Part shown: one piece after another, positions 22,674 through 31,670 of the stretch | How positions within the stretch are numbered: position 1 is the first letter of the stretch | How the letters are laid out: the number at the start of each line of letters is the position of its first letter | DNA from: a virus | Lineage: Duplodnaviria > Caudoviricetes | Strand: one strand, 5' to 3' | IMG/VR virus record: IMGVR_UViG_3300044820_000025 | Span: 1 to 42,771 of that record | Length of the DNA: 42,771 bases | Made by a program: the position numbers and the translations under genes | The notes under the pieces: model-generated | Databases searched by the model: none | Told to the model about the DNA's origin: nothing | Seen by the model: the letters and a program-made list of their open reading frames with translations, nothing else

Positions 22674-24785
22674 CTATCGACCTGGTGGCCGTGGAACGTC
22701 TGGCTGCTGTTCATCGGCGCGTACTGCGCTTGGCAAAGAAATCATCCCATTTGGCGCCTGAGCACCACCAACCCTAGCAAGCCCCCTGTCGGCGGCGCGG
22801 AGCGCGTTGAACATTTTCTGATTGTTTGCAACGACCTTAATGCCACGCAAAAGCGTAGCGGGGTCGGATGAGGCCAGCATCTCAGCAATCTTGCGTGACA
22901 CGTTTTCGTTTATCTTATTTTTGCCTTTGGCAGCTCCATAGACCAGCGCCGCATTGGCAAGGGCCGAAGGGTTCGAAAACGGGTTAAGATCGCCTCCCGA
23001 GAAACCGTATGTTCCGCCAGCAAGCCCTAACTCTGCCAATTGCCGTGCTGTAGTCGAGTTGCCTTGTATGGCAGGACGAGCAGCGTCCATGATTCCTTCG
23101 ACACGGAGCGTTACCTCCAATTCCTTCGCCTTCTGCGGACCAAGCACCATCTCTAGACGCTGCCTAGCAGCAGGCGAGTCTGCTATTTTATTGAGAACGT
23201 TTCGACGATCGCCAGTTTCACGAAGCATCGCGATATAATCTGAAACAAAGCCATCCTGCGCCAGTTTTCTCTCTTCTGGCGACATCTTGGAAAGACCGCG
23301 CTGGATCTCTCCATTCTGCATTTTTGAAGTAACTATCTTTCGTCCTGCCTCTAAAGCATCTTCGGCGCCAAAAAAAGCTGCTGCGCCTGATCGCGCCGTC
23401 TGATATTCCGGTACCAGCTCATCAAGGTGCCCTCGCAATGCTTTGGCATGCGCCTGCCCTTCCGCGCCGAGCTTATCAAGATTGCGCTTGACGTGATCCC
23501 AGAACTGCAAATTCGGGATCGCCCCATCGACAAGCTCAAGCCGGCCGGTCTGGCTGTTAAGCGAAAATGGGTTCTTGATAGGAGGGAAGCCGGCGAGCGC
23601 ATCGCGGTTCCGACCGGTGACAAAGGATAGCCGAATTGCCTGTTGGACTACGGGGGCCTGCGAAAGCTGGTCTAATCCATCGTCCCATAAGGCCGAGCCC
23701 TTGGCATAAGCCTTAGCATATGCCGGCTTGTTTGCGGTCTTGGCCGCCTGCTCTATAGCTTCCTGAGTTGCCGTAGCATCGGGATAATTGAAGTTTCGTT
23801 CAAGCCACGACGTGACGCGGGGCGTTTGGCCCTCGAACCGCTCATCAATGGCCTTGCCAAGAACCGCGCGACCCTCGGGGGAAGTATTCGCCGCCGACCG
23901 AGCCAACGCCCGCGTGGTCTCACCCCCAATATCCATGAGGTTTACGGGGTCGCCGCGCTGCTTGCCGGCTACAAATTCCTGCGGCGAAAGCCTACTCGCC
24001 GCCTGCGGATCAAGCTCCATATCTCGCTGAAGAGACAGGGCCACGCGTCGAGCGGCTTCATTTTCAGGATCGCGAATGCCTCGAACCGTATTGGCGAGGG
24101 GCTGCAGCGCGGCTCGCCCGCCTCGGACTGCCCCCTCAATAACCGCCGGCGCAACCCCACCAATTGCCCCGCCAATAATCAGCCCGCTACCCGCTTTCGC
24201 AAGGCTGTCAGTGAGGCCAACGCCTTCGCCGGCGCCCGCCGTAGCGCCTAGAGCCGCGCCAACGCCCAAACCGGAAGCCATGCGCCCCGGCAAGGTTGCT
24301 GCCTGCCCCATAGCACCGATTGGCAAGGCGACCGCGCCAGCCACGTTGCCAGCAAGTGAGGCATAAGGATGCTGCTCTTCCGCAGTCTTCGTCTGATCGC
24401 GCTCGCGGTTCGCGCTAGCCTCGTATCGCTTCGCTGCTTCCTTGTCGCCCGTCCAGTATTTAACCGCGCCCCCGATCAGATTGTACAGACTCGCGGGGTC
24501 TTTCGGATCTGCGCCATTGGCCTCTACAAGCCCGCGCAGTTCGTCGTAGAAGTTCGCAGTGACGCCGTTGGCTACGCCTCGAGCGCCAGCGTCCAGCGCC
24601 CCCTTATCGGGCTTGGACGACATATCCATGATGACGCGGGGGCGGCCATCTGCCGCCGTCTCCATTTTGACCCCGCCTGTTGAAGGCGGCGCGTCGTTGG
24701 CCGTTGGCGCATATGATGCCCAAGGCCCTTCAGTCACAGGAGAAGGTGCTGTAACTGGCGCGTATGCCTCCCAGGGGCCTGCCAT
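22674..24785 (-). CDS. DNA ejection (internal virion) protein, gp16 position
   Basis: 703 aa, A/G-rich and helical; third of three ejection-type genes. Confidence 0.7.
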   Translation of the reverse strand: MAGPWEAYAPVTAPSPVTEGPWASYAPTANDAPPSTGGVKMETAADGRPRVIMDMSSKPDKGALDAGARGVANGVTANFYDELRGLVEANGADPKDPASLYNLIGGAVKYWTGDKEAAKRYEASANRERDQTKTAEEQHPYASLAGNVAGAVALPIGAMGQAATLPGRMASGLGVGAALGATAGAGEGVGLTDSLAKAGSGLIIGGAIGGVAPAVIEGAVRGGRAALQPLANTVRGIRDPENEAARRVALSLQRDMELDPQAASRLSPQEFVAGKQRGDPVNLMDIGGETTRALARSAANTSPEGRAVLGKAIDERFEGQTPRVTSWLERNFNYPDATATQEAIEQAAKTANKPAYAKAYAKGSALWDDGLDQLSQAPVVQQAIRLSFVTGRNRDALAGFPPIKNPFSLNSQTGRLELVDGAIPNLQFWDHVKRNLDKLGAEGQAHAKALRGHLDELVPEYQTARSGAAAFFGAEDALEAGRKIVTSKMQNGEIQRGLSKMSPEERKLAQDGFVSDYIAMLRETGDRRNVLNKIADSPAARQRLEMVLGPQKAKELEVTLRVEGIMDAARPAIQGNSTTARQLAELGLAGGTYGFSGGDLNPFSNPSALANAALVYGAAKGKNKINENVSRKIAEMLASSDPATLLRGIKVVANNQKMFNALRAADRGLARVGGAQAPNGMISLPSAVRADEQQPDVPRPPGR

Positions 24786-25909
24786 TATTTGATTTCCACC
24801 CAGCTAGAGGGATCGCCAGGATTTCCCCCCTTGAAGCGATAGCCATCACGCAGCTCGCCGAATTTTGGCGGCTCTCGAAACGTGGCCGGGTTGGATCTTT
24901 GGCCCTGGTCAGCCGGAGCTGCATTAGCTGATGCGCGGACAACCTGCGGGGACTGTCCGTTAGGGGCGAGCATGCCGTTCTCGTCAAAATTAAGTTTCGG
25001 CTTGTATGAGTTTCCGCCTTCCCGACCCATAGCCTCAATCGCCGCTCTGCGGTTTGCGGCCTTCTGCCGGATTACCTCCGGCTTATCCCCTGGTACAGGG
25101 AAGTACTGCTTATCGGCGTTCACAAACTCATCGCGGCCGATTGCGGCCCCGGACTCACGACGGAGCTGGGCATTGATAAAATCGGCTTTAGCTTGTGTAT
25201 ATTTCTGCTGGTCGTTGCTAACTGCGTAGTTTCCAATGATCGGAATCTTGGTGAGGTTGGCTTGTGTAATATCAGCTCCCTGCCCCTGCACTCCCGGAAG
25301 AATCGGTCCTTGTTCACCGGGGGTCGGGGCGATGCCGGAAAGAATGCCTTCGGAGCCAAGCATACGATCTGTAAAGCCTGCTGCCTTGCCCTGGTCGCCA
25401 TTGAACTTCCCAGCAGCGAACGGATTATTTGGGGCCGAAACCGGAGGCGTATAGCCTGTAGCGGGAGCGACTTCACCAGTTCTCGGGTTGAATTTGATGA
25501 ACGAAGTCGCGCCGGTATTGGGGTCCGTAACCTCTTTAATACCGAATTTGTCTTCCCCGGCCCGCTCTGAAGCCGCCTTTTGGAGCGCGTAAGAAGCCTG
25601 CCAATGTTGCTGAGCCAAGGCGTCCTGAGAAGCCTGTCGCGCATCGTTCTTAGTGTCGCGGGTGTGAGAGTATTCGGTATTCTGAAGCTGCTGCCCAAGA
25701 CTAGCAAGGCTCATATCGCCCAGCTTCAGACCCGCCGCCGTCAGCGCCACGCCGTCCACTTTGCCGCCCTGCCCCAGCTCGGCAAGCGTCTGCTTCTTAA
25801 TCTGGTCGGCCTGCGCCTTCTGATATACGTTGCCAAGGTTAGCCAGCGACGAGAAGTCGAGCGACTGAGGCGTGGCGTAGGTCGGAAGCTGAAGCTGGTT
25901 GATCGGCAT
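24785..25909 (-). CDS. DNA ejection protein, gp20 position
   Basis: FINA.LR.ESGAAI...E...A..QYFP.PGD; C-terminal GYRFKGGNP.DP.SW. Confidence 0.7.
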   Translation of the reverse strand: MPINQLQLPTYATPQSLDFSSLANLGNVYQKAQADQIKKQTLAELGQGGKVDGVALTAAGLKLGDMSLASLGQQLQNTEYSHTRDTKNDARQASQDALAQQHWQASYALQKAASERAGEDKFGIKEVTDPNTGATSFIKFNPRTGEVAPATGYTPPVSAPNNPFAAGKFNGDQGKAAGFTDRMLGSEGILSGIAPTPGEQGPILPGVQGQGADITQANLTKIPIIGNYAVSNDQQKYTQAKADFINAQLRRESGAAIGRDEFVNADKQYFPVPGDKPEVIRQKAANRRAAIEAMGREGGNSYKPKLNFDENGMLAPNGQSPQVVRASANAAPADQGQRSNPATFREPPKFGELRDGYRFKGGNPGDPSSWVEIK

Positions 25910-25912
25910 CTA

Positions 25913-26947
25913 TTACGCCCTCGGCCCATAAAGATTGCTGCCTGCAGTCCCCGGCAGGCCGTAAGTGATGCCCATAGATCCAAGGGTTGATCCGGCCGCG
26001 CTTCCCGCGCCCATCAGCCCGCCGAAGCCGCCGCCCATGCCGCCCGCCGCGAGGCTTGCCAGTGATAAGCCAGCACCGAGCAGGTTCTTGGCGCCTGCCG
26101 CCTTTCCAGCCGCTTCTGCGTTATTCGCTGCAGCCGTCCCCGACGTAACGTTCCCCGAAAGGTTCGTCAGATCCGAAGCGTTCTGCGTGTAAAGGCCGGC
26201 CTGCCCCGCGCCAAGAGCCGCCTGGTTGCCGGCGATCGCACTGTTTGCGCCTGCCGTTCCCGTAGCCACGTTGCCGGCCACTCCCACACGATTTGCGGCG
26301 TCTGTGCCATAGAGGCCCGCAATCTGGCTATCAACGCCAGCGCGCCCCGTGGCGGCTCCCTGAGTGGCCTGCAGTTCGGGGCTAAGAAAGCTCCCGAGCT
26401 TGGTCTGCCAGTTGCCGTATTCCTGATTGGCGAGGCCCTGTCCGAACTTTAGCGCGTCAATATCGGCGTTGCCCGAGTTGAGCATGCCGGCAGAGGCGCG
26501 GCGCCGGTTGATCGCGTCATTTCCCTGGTCGAGCTGAAACTGATACCCCGGCCCGGCCTGGAACTGACTGATGGCATTCTGATTGCCCGCCGCGCCGTTG
26601 ACGCCGAGGGAGTCGAGTAGCGTTGACGTGGCCGTTCCGTACTTCGCCCCAAGGGCGGCCAACGGATCGTAATCAGCCCGCGCCTGCCCAAGAGATGCAA
26701 GCGATCCGGCCATGCCGTTATCAAGCGCGCCGTTGGCGGTCGTGCCGTACTGTGACCAGACATCCTTGTTCTGGCCCAGCGTCGTGTTCGCGGCACCATA
26801 ACCCGAGCCGAGCGAGCCAAGCGACTGATCAAGCCCGTTGTTGAGGAAGCCGGTACCGTCCGTCTTGTACTGACCGTAGAGCGCGCGGTTTTTGTCGGCA
26901 GCCTCTTTCTCGGCGTCGCCGCCAAACATATCGCCAAAGAAGCTCAT
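25913..26947 (-). CDS. DNA ejection/pilot protein, gp7 position
   Basis: G/A/N-rich; F...PGYQF.L.QG...A.G.L.SG motif. Confidence 0.75.
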   Translation of the reverse strand: MSFFGDMFGGDAEKEAADKNRALYGQYKTDGTGFLNNGLDQSLGSLGSGYGAANTTLGQNKDVWSQYGTTANGALDNGMAGSLASLGQARADYDPLAALGAKYGTATSTLLDSLGVNGAAGNQNAISQFQAGPGYQFQLDQGNDAINRRRASAGMLNSGNADIDALKFGQGLANQEYGNWQTKLGSFLSPELQATQGAATGRAGVDSQIAGLYGTDAANRVGVAGNVATGTAGANSAIAGNQAALGAGQAGLYTQNASDLTNLSGNVTSGTAAANNAEAAGKAAGAKNLLGAGLSLASLAAGGMGGGFGGLMGAGSAAGSTLGSMGITYGLPGTAGSNLYGPRA

Positions 26948-26949
26948 AT

Positions 26950-27093
26950 TTATACCTCAGTCCGTAGAATTTTGACGATCGCTTCGAGTTGTCTCAGCCA
27001 TAGGAACCAGGCCGGGTTGATCTTCCCGTCAGCCATGACGAACGGTTCTTCCGCTGCCGGGAGCGGAGGGAGTTTCTGCGATGCGGTTGCCAT
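26950..27093 (-). CDS. Short tail needle/plug-like protein (47 aa)
   Basis: Translated by hand: MATASQKLPPLP...PFV..DGKINPAWFLWL; TAATG-coupled to the gp10-like gene. Confidence 0.6.
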   Translation of the reverse strand: MATASQKLPPLPAAEEPFVMADGKINPAWFLWLRQLEAIVKILRTEV

Positions 27094-28526
27094 TATTTGC
27101 CCAGCAGCGTCACGTCGATATCGCCGCCCATCAGGCCGATATGGACGGGATCAGAAATGCGGAACTTGAACTTGACGCCCTGTGGTCCACAGTGGCCCAT
27201 CTCGTTGACGGTGATCTTTTGCAGACCGATCGCTTGGCGGCCGAGTTTGCGCGTCCAAGGGCTGGACCACTTCAGCCCATTGTCTCTCGAGATGAAGATG
27301 AGAATTACCGGGTCCGTCTCGATCGGATCGATGCCCGAAGCCACGCCCACGCCCACAGAGCAATACAGATCAAGCCGATTAACGCGCGCGCCATTCGGAA
27401 AGTTACCTTGCGGGCCGGTCTCGACCTCGAATACCAGGGGCTGGCTTCCCTCAAACTCATTGACGGCATCAATCGCAAGAATATCGCCAGACTGCCTGTC
27501 GCCGCAGATCCACTTGCCGAACGCCTGATGGGGCAAAAGCCCGCGCCAGGCCGGAGAGGAACCACCATTGCCGATCGCGCTTTTGCGTTCGTGCCAGACG
27601 CTCTGCGAGACGTCATATTCCCACGTCCACGCCGGGCATTGCACCACGACGAATGGAAGGCCGTTCGCCACATAGACCGACATCTGCAGCGTGTCGGTGT
27701 TCGATACACTGAGGATAAGACGAGACAGGTCAGGCGTGCCGATCGGGGTTAATTGATATCCCACTAGCTTGTAAACGCCGCCGTCGTCGCCGATCAGGTA
27801 ACGCTCGCGGCCCCATCCATCCTCGTAACCCGTGATGCAGTACCGGCCGAGAATGCCACGGTCGATCGTTTGAATATAGGAAAACGGAAAGCCAGTGTCG
27901 TTCTGTCCGCCCCAAACCTCTATAGATTTGTCGCCGCATAGCAGTAACTGGCCGTTGCCGAGAGTGACGGCCCGATAAAGGATATCCGGCTTAGACTCGG
28001 CATTTGCATAGTTCAGCGTATTGATGTTGGTCGAATTGATATCCGACGCAATTACCTTGCCATTTTCCTGGCTGAATATGAAGAAGCCTTTCAGGAAGCA
28101 GACTGAATTCGGCGACCCGACATCGGCGTCCGGGTAAGCAGAGACAGCGGTGCTCGACACCACGAAAGCGCCGTCGCCTGGGGCAACCGCCACCAGATCA
28201 GGCGTAGATGCGTTGTTCCTCGCCCAGATGACAGGAAGCGTGCCGTTCAAAGACCCTGTGAGAACCGTTGCGGCGCCGCCCGCCGATGTACTCTTGACGG
28301 CCTTCCCGGAGAACGCCGAATAAAGCGTAGATCCGACCAGTTGCGCACCTCGGAAACCAGTCTGGGATGTCGTGGCAAATGCAGACAGCCCAGCCACACG
28401 TTTCAGCGCAAACTTCGTCCCGGCGTTGCCGACCAGCGGCTCAACATAGGCATTTGTAATGCGCCCGCCGCTCTCCTGCGGGTACTGCCCAGGAGAAGTT
28501 GTGGTGGGGAGAGTAAGCGCGACCAC
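27093..28526 (-). CDS. P22 gp10-like DNA stabilisation (tail hub) protein
   Basis: AESKPD, SIEVW, TW.YD.....WHER, S.D.G..WS, F.ISDPV. Confidence 0.85.
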   Translation of the reverse strand: MVALTLPTTTSPGQYPQESGGRITNAYVEPLVGNAGTKFALKRVAGLSAFATTSQTGFRGAQLVGSTLYSAFSGKAVKSTSAGGAATVLTGSLNGTLPVIWARNNASTPDLVAVAPGDGAFVVSSTAVSAYPDADVGSPNSVCFLKGFFIFSQENGKVIASDINSTNINTLNYANAESKPDILYRAVTLGNGQLLLCGDKSIEVWGGQNDTGFPFSYIQTIDRGILGRYCITGYEDGWGRERYLIGDDGGVYKLVGYQLTPIGTPDLSRLILSVSNTDTLQMSVYVANGLPFVVVQCPAWTWEYDVSQSVWHERKSAIGNGGSSPAWRGLLPHQAFGKWICGDRQSGDILAIDAVNEFEGSQPLVFEVETGPQGNFPNGARVNRLDLYCSVGVGVASGIDPIETDPVILIFISRDNGLKWSSPWTRKLGRQAIGLQKITVNEMGHCGPQGVKFKFRISDPVHIGLMGGDIDVTLLGK

Positions 28527-28945
28527 TAGCTGAAGGAGCCGTTATACAGGCCGTATCGGCGCCGCGTCAGCACTCCGCGATCAACCCGCAGCGTCCGCAG
28601 CGTCCGAGCCGGCGCAGAGATGATCATCAATTGCGCCTCAGCCTGGGCAGCCAAACCGATCAAAGTGCTATCATTCGCCATGTTGAAAGACGCAGCGGCA
28701 GCATTTGCGATGTAATGCGCCAACGGCAAGAATGCGGCAGGCTCGATACTGCCATCTACCGGGCCAACCTCGCCAACATCCTGCGCGGTATAGATGTCTA
28801 GCTCCGAAAGCAGCGAGACGGTAGGGTCGATGACGAAATCGACCTTGGCCGAATCTTCATCTGAGGGTTCGTCGTTGCCCAGCTTCCCGAGGTTTGCCAG
28901 CACCTGCCTGATCAGATCCGCGCGACTTTTGGTGAGATCGGCCAT
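28526..28945 (-). CDS. Head-tail adaptor, P22 gp4 position
   Basis: 139-aa helical protein between the coat and gp10-like genes. Confidence 0.6.
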   Translation of the reverse strand: MADLTKSRADLIRQVLANLGKLGNDEPSDEDSAKVDFVIDPTVSLLSELDIYTAQDVGEVGPVDGSIEPAAFLPLAHYIANAAAASFNMANDSTLIGLAAQAEAQLMIISAPARTLRTLRVDRGVLTRRRYGLYNGSFS

Positions 28946-28960
28946 GGCGCACCTTCAAAG

Positions 28961-28986
28961 AAAAAGGCCGCCCCGAAGGACGGCCC
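28961..28986 (-). terminator. Rho-independent terminator inside the late operon
   Basis: GGCCGTCC-TTCG-GGGCGGCC-TTTTT. Confidence 0.8.
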
Positions 28987-29007
28987 TGAGTTTGGGAGTT
29001 ATTGTGG

Positions 29008-29421
29008 TTAAACAGTCTCGTTCAGAACGACCGCCTGGCCACGATCTTTGGCCGTCTGTTCGCGCTTGATGTTCTCGCGCTCGGCTTCAGTGCGGTCAGT
29101 CTCCGGGAAGACCTGATCGCGGTGATCGTTGGTCTGGTCCGCCATGCCGGGCTTGACGTCCTCGCGGGGCTTGTCGAAAGCCGGCGACGGAGCATCGTAG
29201 GCCGTGGTGCGAACCTTCTCGCCGGAGTCGGTATTGGCCGAAACGGCCTTGCCAACCTTGGCAGGGTCTTCTCGCAGGACCGAGCACAGGTCCGAGAGCT
29301 TTACCGCGTTGCCATGGCAAGCCTCGATGCGATCGGCAATGCCGAGCAGGAGGGCGCCAACCGCATCTTCGACGGATTCGTGCGGCTCAACTTCGTTGAT
29401 CAGATCATCGTGCAGTTTCAT
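29008..29421 (-). CDS. Acidic hypothetical protein after the coat gene
   Basis: Likely start MKLHDDL after a GGAG RBS. Confidence 0.7.
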   Translation of the reverse strand: MKLHDDLINEVEPHESVEDAVGALLLGIADRIEACHGNAVKLSDLCSVLREDPAKVGKAVSANTDSGEKVRTTAYDAPSPAFDKPREDVKPGMADQTNDHRDQVFPETDRTEAERENIKREQTAKDRGQAVVLNETV

Positions 29422-29499
29422 TGGGACTTCTCCATTGTGGTGCTGCCCCAAGAGGGAAACAGCGGCCCCGTAGGGCCACTGTCAACGCTCGGAGTGTAG

Positions 29500-30732
29500 T
29501 TACGTTCCGGAAACTCGCACAGCAAGTCGCGGATCGACAGTCTTAGTGCCGTACAGCACATCGAGACGCCAGTTGCTCACGTCGTTCGTGCCATCATAGT
29601 ACGGGATGACGCGGACGCTGATGCCGTTCTTGCTCTGGCGCGAGCAGTCAACCGAACCAGGCGGGCGAACCATCGGCACCATGCACAGAGCAAAGGCGTT
29701 CTTGTCGAACATCAGTGCGTTGCTGTAGTTGGTGTTGGCGGAACCCACGAAGGTGAGGTTGGCGCTGTCGGCGGGCACCACGGAGACGTTCTGGAACGCG
29801 CCCGAGGTGATGATCTGCGGCGAGATCGTCAGCGAAGCAAGACCGGCGCCGTCCGACGAGGCGTTCGCCTTGACGACGAACTGCTTCAGGATCGGCAGGG
29901 TTGCCTTGGTGATCGGGTTCACATCGAACACGTTTGCGATGGTAAACACGTCGCCAACCACGACACGAGCCGCAGCCGCAGCAGTCCAGCCCTTGGTGAG
30001 CAGGGTCTGCGTGTTGGTGCCGGTCAGGTCGTAGGTAGTGTTCTGAGCCGCGCCGTTGACCTGCGGGGTGCCGCCGAACGGACCCGTGGTGAAGGTCGGT
30101 GCGTTCTGCGACATGTAGGTCTCGATGCCGCCAACTTCACCGATGCGGCCCTGACGATACGACTTGTTGTTAATCGCCTGGGAGTACAGAGCGGTCTGCG
30201 AACCAGCCATTGCCCAGTAATCGGCGGGCGCCAGGATGGCCGATCGGTTGCCCTGCGGTACGGTGCGCTGGTCGAGGTTCTGAGCGCCCTTGGCAAAGCC
30301 GGCGAACGACTGAATGGCCGTGCCGGGGGTGCCGACCCACTGCGGAATGTCCTTGTAAAGGGACATCACGGAGACGTCGATCTGGTTGGCGATCTGAACC
30401 ATGGCCGGGCGGATAACGCGCTCGGACAGCTCGCCGATGTTCAGGGTCAACTGCTGGGAGGTGAACTTGAAGTCAACGCCCGCGACCTGGTTGATCTGGA
30501 GCGTCAGCTTCGCTTCGGACACGTCCTGCGGGGAAGCAGTGATCGTGTTACGCACGGTGAAGTCGGTCGGCTTGCGAATGGTGATCGTGTCACCAACGGT
30601 ATAGCCGTTGATCTTCTTGTCAAACTCGTCTTCGTAACCACGATAGACCATGCCGGCCATCGTGAGTTCGTTTTCGAGAATGCCGACCGCCGCCTTGGCG
30701 ACGATGCTGGCACTAAGGGTAGTGTTAGCCAT
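29500..30732 (-). CDS. Major capsid protein, P22 coat (gp5) family
   Basis: GDTITIRKP, V.F.FTS..LTL.I, I.PA...IAN.ID, RLDVLYG. Confidence 0.92.
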   Translation of the reverse strand: MANTTLSASIVAKAAVGILENELTMAGMVYRGYEDEFDKKINGYTVGDTITIRKPTDFTVRNTITASPQDVSEAKLTLQINQVAGVDFKFTSQQLTLNIGELSERVIRPAMVQIANQIDVSVMSLYKDIPQWVGTPGTAIQSFAGFAKGAQNLDQRTVPQGNRSAILAPADYWAMAGSQTALYSQAINNKSYRQGRIGEVGGIETYMSQNAPTFTTGPFGGTPQVNGAAQNTTYDLTGTNTQTLLTKGWTAAAAARVVVGDVFTIANVFDVNPITKATLPILKQFVVKANASSDGAGLASLTISPQIITSGAFQNVSVVPADSANLTFVGSANTNYSNALMFDKNAFALCMVPMVRPPGSVDCSRQSKNGISVRVIPYYDGTNDVSNWRLDVLYGTKTVDPRLAVRVSGT

Positions 30733-30764
30733 TTACCTGAATCCTTTGAGGATTGAGGCTCCGG

Positions 30765-31583
30765 TCACTTTGGGTATGTCTTGGATAGCCAGGAATCGAG
30801 AATCGAATCTTGGCTGACAGGTGACGCACCGCCCTTCACTCTGGAAGCTGGCGGGGGAGCCGATGTTTGCGTTTTTGCGGAGGGCGCCTTCACAGAGGCC
30901 TCAAGCCTGCCAATTTCCTTGGCTAGCTCCCGTGGCGTCATGCTGTTGAGGGCGCGAAGTTTGTCTGGGTTCTGTGCGAGATGGTAAGCAACTAGCTCGC
31001 TCTTGTCGGACGACAGAATCTCTTCCGCGACTTCCGGCTTGATGGCGATGCTACTCGAAGCCTGGATAACGGCGTCGTAGTCCTTGATGAACTCCTTGGC
31101 CGCTTCCACGCGATCCTTGTGAGCCTCAACCCTCTCTCGCTGAAGGGCGTTACGCTCATTTTGGATATTACTGGTGGTGTCCTTTTGTCGTTCTTCGCGC
31201 AGGACCCGGCGCGTGTCGTAGGCGTTCAGCGCTCGCTGATACGCGAAGAAGTCGGGGAAGTCGGCCTCTACCGGCTCTTTCTCTGCCGGCTCACTGGAAA
31301 CCCGGCGCTGCACTTCCTCGAGCTGTCGCTCACGAGCCGCCAACTCACTGGCAAGATGATCGGCGCGGGCTTTGAGGCGCTGGATGCCGGATCGCTTCCG
31401 GGGCTTGTCTTCGTCGTCTTCCTTGTCGTCTTTATCGGGTTCTTCTTCGGTAGTTTCGGGCTTTTCCTGATCGTCTTCCGGCTTCTCTTCGATCTCCGGC
31501 TTGGCGACCACTTCCTCAACGTCGAGGTTAATAAACCCGTCTTCGGCTGGCGCTCCCGCCTGCACGTCGTTTTCGTCTGACAT
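30765..31583 (-). CDS. Scaffolding protein
   Basis: Acidic N-terminus, coiled coil, YHLA.NP...L..M.P...A.EIGRLE. Confidence 0.85.
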   Translation of the reverse strand: MSDENDVQAGAPAEDGFINLDVEEVVAKPEIEEKPEDDQEKPETTEEEPDKDDKEDDEDKPRKRSGIQRLKARADHLASELAARERQLEEVQRRVSSEPAEKEPVEADFPDFFAYQRALNAYDTRRVLREERQKDTTSNIQNERNALQRERVEAHKDRVEAAKEFIKDYDAVIQASSSIAIKPEVAEEILSSDKSELVAYHLAQNPDKLRALNSMTPRELAKEIGRLEASVKAPSAKTQTSAPPPASRVKGGASPVSQDSILDSWLSKTYPK

Positions 31584-31593
31584 GTTATGCTCA

Positions 31594-31621
31594 CAAAAAA
31601 AAGCCGCCCTGGAGGACGGCT
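31594..31621 (-). terminator. Rho-independent terminator after the portal gene
   Basis: AGCCGTCC-TCCA-GGGCGGCT-TTTTTTT. Confidence 0.8.
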
Positions 31622-31670
31622 GCTCAAACGCGGCGCTGGCTGCCTAATGCAGCCTGCATCACACGAATTT